DNA of 64,000 nt from a virus: positions 60,716 through 124,715 of IMG/VR virus record IMGVR_UViG_3300020450_000010. The stretch is one strand, 5' to 3'. Shown here piece by piece: positions 1-10,093 of the stretch; within the stretch, counting starts at the first letter, position 1; every line of letters begins with the position of its first letter. Both the position numbers and the translations under genes were made by a program. A model generated the notes under the pieces. The model was not told the origin of the DNA and did no database searches. It saw nothing but the letters and a program-made list of their open reading frames with translations.

Positions 1-1
1 G

Positions 2-3000
2 ACATTCACCATAACCTAAAAGAAAATTATATACGTCTTGCATTGTTGGTAGAATTGTGTTATAATTAAGTATAGTTTTAGTTGTTGCATATTCGTTGTA
101 TCTAAATATATCAACACTGAATGTTTGTTTAATAGGCGCACTAGCTGTATTTGGTTTGAAATATTCAAAAAACATTTTGTCATTATCATAACCATTTATT
201 TTGTATCCTGTTGCTACTTTATCTACAATTACGCCACTAATAAAATATTCAGCAGTTGGTTTGCTGTTGAATAAAATTGTAGTAAAGTTTTCCTCAGGTA
301 CAAATACTCTGCCTTTATCTTGGCTACTTTCCAACATGAATTTTTGATTGTTGTTTACAAAACCGCCTGCTTTTACAATAGGATTAAAATCCATACTGGA
401 CATTCTTGTTTGTATTGTAGTGCTACCAACATTTAATGACTTAGCAAATTCAATCACAGCATTTTGTAATCCACCAAAATATCTCTTAGGTTCTTCTGCA
501 AGCACTGTTTCTAGCACTGCTGATCCACTGCTTAATGTTAGCTTTGGATTGTTGTAATAGTCTTTACCTGCGTTTGTTACACTTACACTGACTACACTAC
601 CATTCTGCACGAAAGCTGTTAGTGTTGCACCACTACCAAAATTATCATTTATAACAATAGTAGGAGCACTTGTATAGCCTGTGCCTCCGTTTTTAACAAT
701 GACGCTTTCAATTATTTTTCCAGTTTGTAATACTCCGCTTACACCAGTAGCTTTAAAGTTAGAAAGTTTTTTACTGTCTACACTATAAATTTGAGGTTTA
801 TCATATGATGTCAAATCTTTTGTAGATCTTTCATTAAGTTTAAAATAATTGTTCACAGCAATTAAAGGTCTAGTTTTTGCTAGTGATAAAAACTCTGCTA
901 TTCTATATTCAGGACTGCGTCTCCATTCTGCTTCTACAGGTCCCCAATCGCCATATACAAAATCTTTTGTTCTGTTTGCTAAAGTTGGCGTACTCACTAC
1001 GTTTGCAGTATCAGGATCATTTAATGTAGCTGTGTTTGTTACCAAAGTATTGTTTGCCCAGTCATAGTTGTCATAGCTGTAATTAATATCAAAAACATCA
1101 TTAGTGCTAGGATCATTGACTTTACCATATCTTAATGCAGTAATCAATGCAGAACGTTTTGGTGCATTTGTCCAACTGTAATAGGTATTCCACCATGTAG
1201 GTTTTTTGTTATGACCTAACATTTCCCAAGGATGTGTATGTGGTCTGTCTGTGTTAAAGAAATAATGATATATTCCTCTCCAACCACCTATGTTTGGACT
1301 TACACTTGAATAGTTCCATGTAAACTTATCAGCACCACTGTAGTATGTTGTGCTTTGTAGGTCTGTGTAACTATTTGCTACTTTCCATTTATTGAATTCA
1401 CTTACAATTGAATTCTGTATTTGTGTCCAACTATATCTATTTGCCCTATGTGCATTAGGCATATAATTTTTGATATTGTCAACATTATCTAATGTAGAAT
1501 TCAAGTTGTTGTATATACGACACTCTAAGTCAAAAATTGCGGCATCAACTGGATCATATCCAGCTTTGCTTCTATCATATATTTCTGTACCTTTACGGAT
1601 ATGTATACTTCCATCGTGTCTGGTTATTACATTTGTTGTGGCTGTGCCATTGCTAGACTCACTATAATCTGATCTTAATTCTGGTGTGTAAGGTTTGATT
1701 AATCCAAGTTTTACCGCACTGTTAGGTACGAAACTTACACTGTCTCTTTTATACCATCTTATGTGTGTTTTTGCTACTCCACTAGAAGGATATGCTACTG
1801 AACCAGTGATAGTAACTTTATTACTGTCTAGTGTATAATCAATATCTTTAATTAGTGATCGCCAGCGTAGGTTGCCTGCACCATCATCATCTTGCACCCA
1901 AACTTGAACATGATTTTCTGTATCATCATATGTATTAACACTTTGAGGCAAATCAAAAACTTTTGTCATTGTTGTTTGAAAACTGTAATCTTTGCTTTCA
2001 TAATCTCTATACAATGCCATATTACTTTGTGCAAATTGCATTTCTTTATTTTTGCCAAGATTCATTTCTTCTAAAATCTTATCAACCATTTCATATGTGC
2101 TTTTGGTAGTATCCAATGTTTTGTGGATTTGTACAGCCTTGGTTGCAAATTTTTTCAAAAACATGCTGTAATTATTGCTTGCATGTTTTATACTTGCATA
2201 AAGATTTGTATCAGTATCCATAAGTAATTGACTTAACAATTCTGTACTGTATGGTTGTTGTCTAATTGTACCGCCAAACTCATGCACATGAGGAAGATTT
2301 CTATAATTGTTTGTGCCAAAATAACCACCAGTAAAACCTGGAATACTTGTCATCTGTTCACGCATGTGTTCTATTAAATCTCCAAATGTAATATTTGTAA
2401 AACTATTATTTTGTGGATTCAGCAAGTGTGTGTCGCTAGCTTGTTGAAATCCTTCAGCTGAATCACTGTAAGTGTTGTGTGTATGATACTCTACTTCGTA
2501 AATATCATCTACTGCTAGTCCGCCATTTATTGTCAATATATTATTGCTTAGTGTATAGTTACTGGTTTCTATTCTATTTCTAAATACTTTTATATCAGTA
2601 TCATTTGCAATAGTATTAAAGTAAATTACACCAAACGAATTAGGAGTTGCTGACAGCCTATATTTGATAGCAGTCACAGTGGGAGAAGTTACTACTATGG
2701 TAAAATCATTACCACTACCTGCTGTGCGTGTCAATCCACTACCTATTGCTGAACCGTCTATGTTTACGAATTCAACTTCTGACTGGGCGAACTGTGTTGT
2801 AATATTGTATGTGGTATTAGTTGAGAAAAATAATTCAGGATATTTGCCATTGACATCTGTCAAAACATTTGTTAATCCTGTATCCTTTTGTGTCTTTACA
2901 TTAATAAATCCATGACGTTTGAACATTGTAACATGTCTATCAGTTGCAAAATCTGTATATCCTAAATCAAATACCATTGGCAATTGAGAGTTTGCACTTG

Positions 3001-5200
3001 TAACAGTTTTGCTTATTGTTCTCTTAACAGGCTGTCCGCCTCGCACCAAACTCCAACCATTAAAAGCATTGCCATCGAAATCTCTATAAAAATATTGTCC
3101 TATTATTTCTTGGTTCAAACTTCTAAGTCCATCACTGCTTACTTTTGTGTATGTAAATCTATTGCTAAGGAATGGCATGCTAAAATTCAAACCTGGACTA
3201 TTGCCATAATCAGCATAGCTTGGACTAAATCCTAATGCGTCATCTTTTGCATTTGAATCATTGTGTACGTAATCAAATATACATGCACCAGTAAAATTAT
3301 TTTCAGGATATACAGTTGTGTTACTAAGTATTACTCCATCTAAATCATAAAGCTCTGCGAGCATACCTTCACTTCTGTGTGTTTTTTGTTGACCATATAC
3401 CCAAGTAGTGCCATTGTGATACCATTCACTACCTCCAAAGGCTTTTGCTTCTTCACCATCATCAAACTTTGTTGTGTTAAATGCATTTATGACAACAACT
3501 TTATCATTTGTAACTATGTTAGTACTGGATGGTCCAAAAATTTCTGTAAGTGTAATTGAACTGCCTATTCCACCTACTGTAAATATTTTTTCATTGTAAG
3601 TTGTATTACCGTTTCTTAAAAACAAAATACTATCACCATTCTCAAGCTCTTGAGGTGTTATCTGTTTCCAATATTCATAGTTCTCACCATGTATAGGATT
3701 TCTTGCTGTAATATGATTTTTGATACATTGCCAGTAAGTACGTTTTGTATTTGGAGAAGTGCCAAGGTCAACATAGTATTGATCACCTACTTCTGAACCT
3801 CCTACTCCTGCCGTCCATGCTGTATTAATACCTGTTATATTCCAGTCATACGCTGTTTGACCTACAATTGCTGTAGCAGGATCGATTGTATTGTCTTCAA
3901 TCAAATACGTTACATTTGCAATATGTCTTTTACCAAAGTTATATTTTTCAATACTAGCTTTGTATTCAATGATTGGTCTTACAGCTCTTACGCTGTCTTT
4001 TAAATAATCAGTATCAACTAAATTTTCAAATGTTATAATTGCTCTTGCGGTATCTTCATGTACCCAAAGGTTACTTCTTGCCCAAGCACTTTGGTCTGCT
4101 GAATATCTTTGCTCAACTACATAATCTCTTGTAGTCATTTTATATTCTTGTAAATCAAATGGTCTAAAGTCAAAACTACTTGCAGTTTCGTCAAACCCAG
4201 TTGGTTCTTGACTACTGTAAACTGTATGATTAATCCAAACTCTATCGCTATAACTACCTTCTACCTGTCCACTTATAAACTGTCTTGTAAGTTTTATACC
4301 ATTGGCATCACCCACACCATCAACTATATAAATGTCGCCTACTGGATAGTTACCACTTGTACTCTTAGAATAAAATGTGTGTATTTCAATTTCATCTGTC
4401 AATGCAGGAGCTGTTGCGAATGTAACTACACCAGTTGCACTGTTATATGAATAATGTGTTGTTAAAGTCTGTAGTAAATTATTTTTGTAAACTTTTAATG
4501 TTTGAGCTGTAGTTACTGTAGCAGTAAATGTTGTGTTGCCTGAACTGCTTTGAGTAAACCTATCGATCTGTGTTGGCATAAATCTAATACGCATACCATT
4601 TTGTAGTGCAAGTGTATTGCTTGTACTCAAAGCAGGAGTTGTATAGTTTACTTCACCTATCAGTGTATCAATATCAATTATATCAGTACTAGTTGCTTTG
4701 ATACTTGCTGGAGGTAATGTGTCTAATAACCAAAAATATTTGTGATAGTTAATAAACATATCATAGTTTATAGGTATATCAAGTGTGTAACCTTTTTCAT
4801 TTAAAAGTTTACTATGATTGTTAATATCAACTTCGTTGTATTTTAACGTGTTTAATAAATCATTGTAAGGCAAAACCTGTGTAATTGCATTTTGGTTTGT
4901 TTGATCTTTGTTTACCAATGCAGGTACAAATTGATAATTATCATCTGCTCTGCTGTCGTCAATGTAACTTGTGTTAACTGTGTCTTTGAAAAACTTCTGT
5001 CCTACATAATTTTTTACAGGTTGTAAACTACCTGTTGACAGCAATTGTTCCAGTGTTGTATCTAAAAACTGTTTGTTGACTTCTGTTTGGAAAACATTTG
5101 GTAAAAGACCAGTTATGTCTCTTGTACCTGTAAATTTTTTGCTTGCACCAGGAGTTGTAATTAGTGGTGCTACAATAGGATTTGCTTTGCGTTCGCTCAT
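2..5200 (-). CDS. Very large baseplate/virion structural protein (gp7-like wedge by position), 3'-truncated by the window edge, >1,730 aa
   Basis: Not in the ORF track because there is no stop in the window. The ATG at 5198-5200 overlaps the stop of the upstream gene (TAATG) and reads MSERKANPIVAPLITTPGASKKFTGTRDITGLLPNVFQTEVNKQFLDTTLEQLL. The same frame reads QDVYNFLLGYGEC at the window start. Only short shadow ORFs lie on the + strand. The whole frame was not checked codon by codon. Confidence 0.8.
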   Translation of the reverse strand, partial: MSERKANPIVAPLITTPGASKKFTGTRDITGLLPNVFQTEVNKQFLDTTLEQLLSTGSLQPVKNYVGQKFFKDTVNTSYIDDSRADDNYQFVPALVNKDQTNQNAITQVLPYNDLLNTLKYNEVDINNHSKLLNEKGYTLDIPINYDMFINYHKYFWLLDTLPPASIKATSTDIIDIDTLIGEVNYTTPALSTSNTLALQNGMRIRFMPTQIDRFTQSSSGNTTFTATVTTAQTLKVYKNNLLQTLTTHYSYNSATGVVTFATAPALTDEIEIHTFYSKSTSGNYPVGDIYIVDGVGDANGIKLTRQFISGQVEGSYSDRVWINHTVYSSQEPTGFDETASSFDFRPFDLQEYKMTTRDYVVEQRYSADQSAWARSNLWVHEDTARAIITFENLVDTDYLKDSVRAVRPIIEYKASIEKYNFGKRHIANVTYLIEDNTIDPATAIVGQTAYDWNITGINTAWTAGVGGSEVGDQYYVDLGTSPNTKRTYWQCIKNHITARNPIHGENYEYWKQITPQELENGDSILFLRNGNTTYNEKIFTVGGIGSSITLTEIFGPSSTNIVTNDKVVVINAFNTTKFDDGEEAKAFGGSEWYHNGTTWVYGQQKTHRSEGMLAELYDLDGVILSNTTVYPENNFTGACIFDYVHNDSNAKDDALGFSPSYADYGNSPGLNFSMPFLSNRFTYTKVSSDGLRSLNQEIIGQYFYRDFDGNAFNGWSLVRGGQPVKRTISKTVTSANSQLPMVFDLGYTDFATDRHVTMFKRHGFINVKTQKDTGLTNVLTDVNGKYPELFFSTNTTYNITTQFAQSEVEFVNIDGSAIGSGLTRTAGSGNDFTIVVTSPTVTAIKYRLSATPNSFGVIYFNTIANDTDIKVFRNRIETSNYTLSNNILTINGGLAVDDIYEVEYHTHNTYSDSAEGFQQASDTHLLNPQNNSFTNITFGDLIEHMREQMTSIPGFTGGYFGTNNYRNLPHVHEFGGTIRQQPYSTELLSQLLMDTDTNLYASIKHASNNYSMFLKKFATKAVQIHKTLDTTKSTYEMVDKILEEMNLGKNKEMQFAQSNMALYRDYESKDYSFQTTMTKVFDLPQSVNTYDDTENHVQVWVQDDDGAGNLRWRSLIKDIDYTLDSNKVTITGSVAYPSSGVAKTHIRWYKRDSVSFVPNSAVKLGLIKPYTPELRSDYSESSNGTATTNVITRHDGSIHIRKGTEIYDRSKAGYDPVDAAIFDLECRIYNNLNSTLDNVDNIKNYMPNAHRANRYSWTQIQNSIVSEFNKWKVANSYTDLQSTTYYSGADKFTWNYSSVSPNIGGWRGIYHYFFNTDRPHTHPWEMLGHNKKPTWWNTYYSWTNAPKRSALITALRYGKVNDPSTNDVFDINYSYDNYDWANNTLVTNTATLNDPDTANVVSTPTLANRTKDFVYGDWGPVEAEWRRSPEYRIAEFLSLAKTRPLIAVNNYFKLNERSTKDLTSYDKPQIYSVDSKKLSNFKATGVSGVLQTGKIIESVIVKNGGTGYTSAPTIVINDNFGSGATLTAFVQNGSVVSVSVTNAGKDYYNNPKLTLSSGSAVLETVLAEEPKRYFGGLQNAVIEFAKSLNVGSTTIQTRMSSMDFNPIVKAGGFVNNNQKFMLESSQDKGRVFVPEENFTTILFNSKPTAEYFISGVIVDKVATGYKINGYDNDKMFFEYFKPNTASAPIKQTFSVDIFRYNEYATTKTILNYNTILPTMQDVYNFLLGYGEC

Positions 5201-8200
5201 TAGTATCCGCTCCCTGATGAACCACCACCGCCAGAACTACTACTTCCTCCGCCGGTAACACTTACGCTTGCACTTTCAGCAATTGTTGTACTGTTGCCAG
5301 TGATGCTATTTGCTACAACAATATTATTTGATTTTACTACGGGTAAAAATAATTCATCTCCAAAACTTGTAATTTCAAATAAGTCTCTAGATTCTGTTTC
5401 ACTACCAACTGGTTGTATGGTAATTTGACTTATCTCTCCAACTAAATTGTTATGAATATATGCCGCCATTTCAGTAAAGTAAAAATCTTCTCCAAAATCC
5501 CAATTGTTAATGTTAAAGTAATCATTTATAAGTGCAATTACTTTTTGCTTAACTTCTGTATCACTTAATGTGCTATTAGTAGTTTTGGTCACATTAAACC
5601 TAGCTTGTAACTCACCACTTGCTAAATCACCAAACAAAATTTTATATTTTACAGGTCTGTAAATTACTTGGTCACTAATTGATTTTTTGGTTTCTAAACT
5701 TGTAAATAAATTTGTAAGTTCACTAATAGTTGGTGGACTTGGTTTTGTTTCACTTCTACCATCATAGTTTGCCCAAGTTCTAAAATCACTGTCATAACTA
5801 TTGAGTAATACATAAGTGTCTACAATATTTGTCACTGACGGATCTATCAAATTAAAGATATCACTTATTCTGTCATACTGCATGTGCAGGTTTGCTTTAC
5901 CATTTACAGTTGTTGATCCACTAGTATCAAATACAGTATATTCAAATCCGTCAACTGTTTTTGTACCTAACTTAATTGTTTGTCCAGCAAGTACTTTGTT
6001 AAAACTTTCTGGATCAGTAGGATAATCACTATTATCAGGATCAGCTACTGTAACTCTTACATTATGAGGATCTGTATAACCATCTTGATATGTAAAATAT
6101 CCAAACAAGTTAAACTTATAATCTTTTCCTAATGGAGTTGCATTAGTATCAGTGGTTTTATTCATGCTTAAAACTTTAATACAATCTCTTTGTGGTTTTT
6201 GCGTTTCACTGCTAAATGTTTCATTAAAATTTAAATTACCAAACTTTAGTTTTTGTGTGCTACCAAATACCATCTGTGTTCTTCTAGTCAACACTTCCCA
6301 TTGAGTTGAACTATAATTCAACCTAATTAACCAACTGTTATCTCTGCCAGTATTTGTATTATCTGCTTCGTACTGTCTACTCCATTGTGTTGCTAAATTA
6401 TTTGCTGAAGTATTAGCAGGAATATTTGCTGTTTCGATTACTTTCCATTGTTGTGCATTTGCATCATATCTTAGTGCAAAACTATTTTGTGCATTTATTT
6501 TGCTAACAACATCTGCTTTTGTTGTTGCATCTAAATCTGTATTAATGACAGGTACTATTCTATTGACTCTTGCACCTGCATTGATAATGCCACTTAATAC
6601 TACTGCGCCTTTACCTGTGTTGTCTATACCTGTTGGTGCACCAGCACTATCATCATCTCCAATTCCGTCTTTGTAAAGTCTATCTATTTTTACCCATTGT
6701 GTTGGAGCGTCTAAAACTGTGGTAGTAGCTGTAGCATTGCTACCTCCTCCACCTGATATTGTGACAATTGTGGTTGCATCATATCCACTTCCGCTGTTGT
6801 TAACAACAATGTGGTCAACTACACCTGCTTGAACAACTGCTGTAGCTGTAGCGCCTGTGCCACTTCCACTTATGGTAACAGTTGGAGCACTTGTATATCC
6901 AGTACCGCCTTCTACTTTGGTAATTGCACTAATATAACCTGTCTTAAATGGTGTGCTTATAAATTCAACCAAACTGTTAAGACTTGCTTTTTTCAAACTG
7001 TTGGTTTGTGTAAGTCCTACTCTTTGCACATATGCAGTTCCGCCTGTGTTGTAGGTAAAATATCCACTGCATCCATTTGCGCCTTTTGTAATTTGATTCC
7101 AACGAAACACATTTGTTTCATCATTTAATGTTGAATTTACAACTGTAATACCTGCTGTAGTATCATTGAAGTCACTTTGACCATTATACCCTGTGCTTGA
7201 GTATCCTTGTCTATTATAATAAAAATTCTTTAGCTCAGGATTACTTAACAATGGTTTAATATGTAAATCATAAATTTGTGCGCCTGACAATGTTGTAGGC
7301 ATACTGATTAGACTTCTATTTGTTACATTGTTTTCATATACGTAGCCATCATCTGTATACTGTGTAGCATCATTGTATGTTGCTGTTGGATCATATATGT
7401 CTCTAAATCTACTGTGTCCGCTGTGTACTCTATTGATACTTTTTATCTTGCTAATATTCTCACTTACTGTCACAGGAAAAATACTATAGTCATCTGCTGT
7501 AACCATTCTATCCTGTGTAGAAAAATATCTTGGAGCATTCGCCTTAATACTAGCAATGCTTTCACGTTCGCTTGCATTTGTTACATTTGTTTTAAGACTG
7601 CAAATAAAGGTAGCATTATAATTGTTTCCGTCACTGCCAACATATTCTACAGTTAAATTTGTATTGTTAAAATTATTAGGTTGTAATGAATAAGTTAGAT
7701 TTAATCCAGTTCTATACCACACTCTTATTATACCACGTGGAATGTTACCAAAGTTACCATCTCCAAAAATAATACTAATCTGATCATTTTCTCTGCTTGC
7801 AATTGTATAAACATCTCTGATATTATTTGCTTTCGCATTGAAGATAGTATTTGCGCCAAACTGTTTGTCTACTCTTGTCCAGCTTTTTTGCACTGTGCCT
7901 ACTTCGTCTATTGTTTGCACCCATACGTTGCCACTTGCAACATTTTCAGAATTAATGTCCAACACAATATTAGAAATGCCTTCGTCGATTGTAAAGTCTT
8001 GATATTCTAAACTGCCTTGTTTAAAACCTACAAAAAATCCTGTATCAGCACTGGTGTTGCCACTATTATCATTTTTATACAATAAATCTACTACACCATA
8101 CGGATCTGGTGTTTTCTCTTCAAGTGTTTTTGTTGCAGTGTTTGCTTTTACACTGTAGAAACTAAAAGTTGTACTTCTATTGTTTACTAAATTTTGAAAA

Positions 8201-8796
8201 TTTCTTACTGCAATATTTGAAATACTGTTTGTTCTGTAAATTTCATTGGTGATACCACCACTGCTAAATTTGCTGAATGGAGAACCATACTGACTGCTAG
8301 ATTGAAATATTGCATTCATAATTGTTAAAAAGTTTTGATAACTGTTAGGGTCTGTGCTATCATCAAATTGCACACTTACATTTGCTAAACTTTGGCCACT
8401 TGCATCAAATACATTTTCATTTGTTTTTACACTATCTATTTTAAGATAACCGTTAGCAACTACATTTCTGGTTGGAGTATATCCTAAAAATTCAGCAATA
8501 CGTAAGGCGCTTTCTCTGCGTTCTGCTGTGCTTAAATAATTTTCTCTGCTGGCTAGGTCTGCTCTAAATGCTAAGTTGTGACCTAGAAAAGCCATAAGTT
8601 CTATTAAACTTACAAATTCACTTGAGTTGATCCAGTCATTGTAGTTTTCTGGATAGTTTTTGTTTATGTAGTCCACCATTGCGTTTCTTATGGTTTCATA
8701 ATCATACGCTTGGAAGTTTGCTTCGCTGAAACTTTCGTAAACAACGCTGAAGTCTTCTGCGGCAAATAAACTACTTTGTCTTGCGCCTTGTGCCAT
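5200..8796 (-). CDS. gp6: Baseplate wedge protein, T4 gp6-like (1198 aa)
   Basis: N-terminal DYETIRNAMVDYI...YNDWINSSEFVSLIELMAFLG...ENYLSTAERRESALRIAEFLGY and IIFGDGNFG...ESIASIKANAPRYFSTQDRMVTADDY match the gp6/baseplate-J pattern. It is adjacent to a gp25-like gene. Confidence 0.85.
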   Translation of the reverse strand: MAQGARQSSLFAAEDFSVVYESFSEANFQAYDYETIRNAMVDYINKNYPENYNDWINSSEFVSLIELMAFLGHNLAFRADLASRENYLSTAERRESALRIAEFLGYTPTRNVVANGYLKIDSVKTNENVFDASGQSLANVSVQFDDSTDPNSYQNFLTIMNAIFQSSSQYGSPFSKFSSGGITNEIYRTNSISNIAVRNFQNLVNNRSTTFSFYSVKANTATKTLEEKTPDPYGVVDLLYKNDNSGNTSADTGFFVGFKQGSLEYQDFTIDEGISNIVLDINSENVASGNVWVQTIDEVGTVQKSWTRVDKQFGANTIFNAKANNIRDVYTIASRENDQISIIFGDGNFGNIPRGIIRVWYRTGLNLTYSLQPNNFNNTNLTVEYVGSDGNNYNATFICSLKTNVTNASERESIASIKANAPRYFSTQDRMVTADDYSIFPVTVSENISKIKSINRVHSGHSRFRDIYDPTATYNDATQYTDDGYVYENNVTNRSLISMPTTLSGAQIYDLHIKPLLSNPELKNFYYNRQGYSSTGYNGQSDFNDTTAGITVVNSTLNDETNVFRWNQITKGANGCSGYFTYNTGGTAYVQRVGLTQTNSLKKASLNSLVEFISTPFKTGYISAITKVEGGTGYTSAPTVTISGSGTGATATAVVQAGVVDHIVVNNSGSGYDATTIVTISGGGGSNATATTTVLDAPTQWVKIDRLYKDGIGDDDSAGAPTGIDNTGKGAVVLSGIINAGARVNRIVPVINTDLDATTKADVVSKINAQNSFALRYDANAQQWKVIETANIPANTSANNLATQWSRQYEADNTNTGRDNSWLIRLNYSSTQWEVLTRRTQMVFGSTQKLKFGNLNFNETFSSETQKPQRDCIKVLSMNKTTDTNATPLGKDYKFNLFGYFTYQDGYTDPHNVRVTVADPDNSDYPTDPESFNKVLAGQTIKLGTKTVDGFEYTVFDTSGSTTVNGKANLHMQYDRISDIFNLIDPSVTNIVDTYVLLNSYDSDFRTWANYDGRSETKPSPPTISELTNLFTSLETKKSISDQVIYRPVKYKILFGDLASGELQARFNVTKTTNSTLSDTEVKQKVIALINDYFNINNWDFGEDFYFTEMAAYIHNNLVGEISQITIQPVGSETESRDLFEITSFGDELFLPVVKSNNIVVANSITGNSTTIAESASVSVTGGGSSSSGGGGSSGSGY

Positions 8797-9161
8797 TAGT
8801 TCTGCTCACCTGTATATGTTAGAAACAGTTCTTCTGCTGTTCCTGTATCAATGTATTCTAATCGAACACGAACTTCTAAAGAATGTTCGTCTGTTTTGTT
8901 AAGTATAGCTTCAATATATTTCCATCTAGGATCATTGTTTACAATTTCTGTAATATCCTGTAGTGCATCTTGTTGTGTTGTAATATCCAAGGGTTCAAAT
9001 ACTAGTTCAGGTAGTATGCTTCCAAACTTTGGATTCATTACTCTTTCACCTTTGCGTGTTTGCAAATGATTCATTAGATCTCTCTTAGCAAGATCAACAT
9101 CTTCAAGACGTTTACTGCCTGTTATTTGATCCACACTGCTATATCCTATATAAGTTACCAT
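8796..9161 (-). CDS. gp25: Baseplate wedge/sheath-initiator, gp25-like
   Basis: LMNHLQTRKGERVMNPKFGSILPELVFEP...DPR is the GPW/gp25 signature; 121 aa. Confidence 0.9.
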   Translation of the reverse strand: MVTYIGYSSVDQITGSKRLEDVDLAKRDLMNHLQTRKGERVMNPKFGSILPELVFEPLDITTQQDALQDITEIVNNDPRWKYIEAILNKTDEHSLEVRVRLEYIDTGTAEELFLTYTGEQN

Positions 9162-9166
9162 ACTAA

Positions 9167-9174
9167 TATTTATT
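9167..9174 (-). promoter_or_regulatory. T4-type late promoter variant (AATAAATA) 5 nt upstream of the gp25 ATG
   Basis: The minus strand reads AATAAATA-TTAGT-ATG. The T4 late consensus is TATAAATA. Confidence 0.55.
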
Positions 9175-9193
9175 GCAAAATTAACTACACAGT

Positions 9194-10093
9194 TTATATT
9201 TTTATGATAGTTTCAATATAATCATCAGTTGTTAGTGTTTTTGTAACAGTCAGTGTTGTTCCACTTACTGTAAAGTCAAACAAATGTTGTATTATATCAC
9301 CATTAACGATGACTTGTAGCTTTTCAACAGGTGTCATACTAGGTGCTTTATTCAATGTGAACGTACTTGTACCACTAAAGGTAAACGCTTGTCTAATCAA
9401 TGACTTTGTGTATTTGTTTGATATGTCTCTTTTTATACCTTCTGGTGTAAAAGGCAAAAATTTAAGTGTTTCAGCATAGTAAGCAAATCTAGCTTTTCTT
9501 AAATCACTTGTTGTTAACAAATTCTTTTCGTTTTGATCACGCATATTAAAGATGCCGTTGGTTCTCATCCATGTTCTGTTTTTATTTTTACCATAATCTG
9601 CTAATCTTAGCACTGTAGCCGATTTTATACACTTTTCGTTGTTGATATCACTGCGTTTTATCATATCAGCTACTGTATCATATGCTTTTGTTTTTAGATG
9701 TGGTAATAAATTGTACTGTCCTTCTACTGCATCTACATAAAATATTTTACCTGTAGCCCAATTTAATAAAACTAAACCATCATAAACACTTTGGCTAATA
9801 CGTTTTATGCCATTTGCTTCTATTTGATCTTTTACTAGTTTTTGTTGCTTGTTAAATTCAGTCGTCCATATGTCATATGCTTGTTGTTCTGTTATTCCTG
9901 TATCAACACTGCTTTCACCATATGCAAAACCGTTATAACCAATATACCTAGCAAAATTAAGTGCAACTGATTCACATGCATCACTTGCATTTACACTATC
10001 TATTTCTAATTCTGTATGATACAAGTGATGACTTTGTACAATAAAATCATCCCATACAGTTTGATAACGTCTTGCTACAGTATCTAATGACAT
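9194..10093 (-). CDS. Baseplate-associated protein with a degenerate GH24 lysozyme-like domain
   Basis: ITEQQAYDIW...ISQSVYDGLVLLNWATG resembles the GH24 ITxEQA...LTQNQFDALVSFxYNxG segment. The C-terminus is a beta-rich 'VIVNG' structural domain. It lies directly downstream of the gp5-like gene. Confidence 0.5.
   Translation of the reverse strand: MSLDTVARRYQTVWDDFIVQSHHLYHTELEIDSVNASDACESVALNFARYIGYNGFAYGESSVDTGITEQQAYDIWTTEFNKQQKLVKDQIEANGIKRISQSVYDGLVLLNWATGKIFYVDAVEGQYNLLPHLKTKAYDTVADMIKRSDINNEKCIKSATVLRLADYGKNKNRTWMRTNGIFNMRDQNEKNLLTTSDLRKARFAYYAETLKFLPFTPEGIKRDISNKYTKSLIRQAFTFSGTSTFTLNKAPSMTPVEKLQVIVNGDIIQHLFDFTVSGTTLTVTKTLTTDDYIETIIKI

Noticed and set aside
1-5200. Apparent ORF-free 5 kb suggesting stop-codon recoding or a pseudogene
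   Set aside because: It is explained by one minus-strand ORF running off the window edge. All other genes are intact in the standard code, with TAA, TAG and TGA all used as stops.
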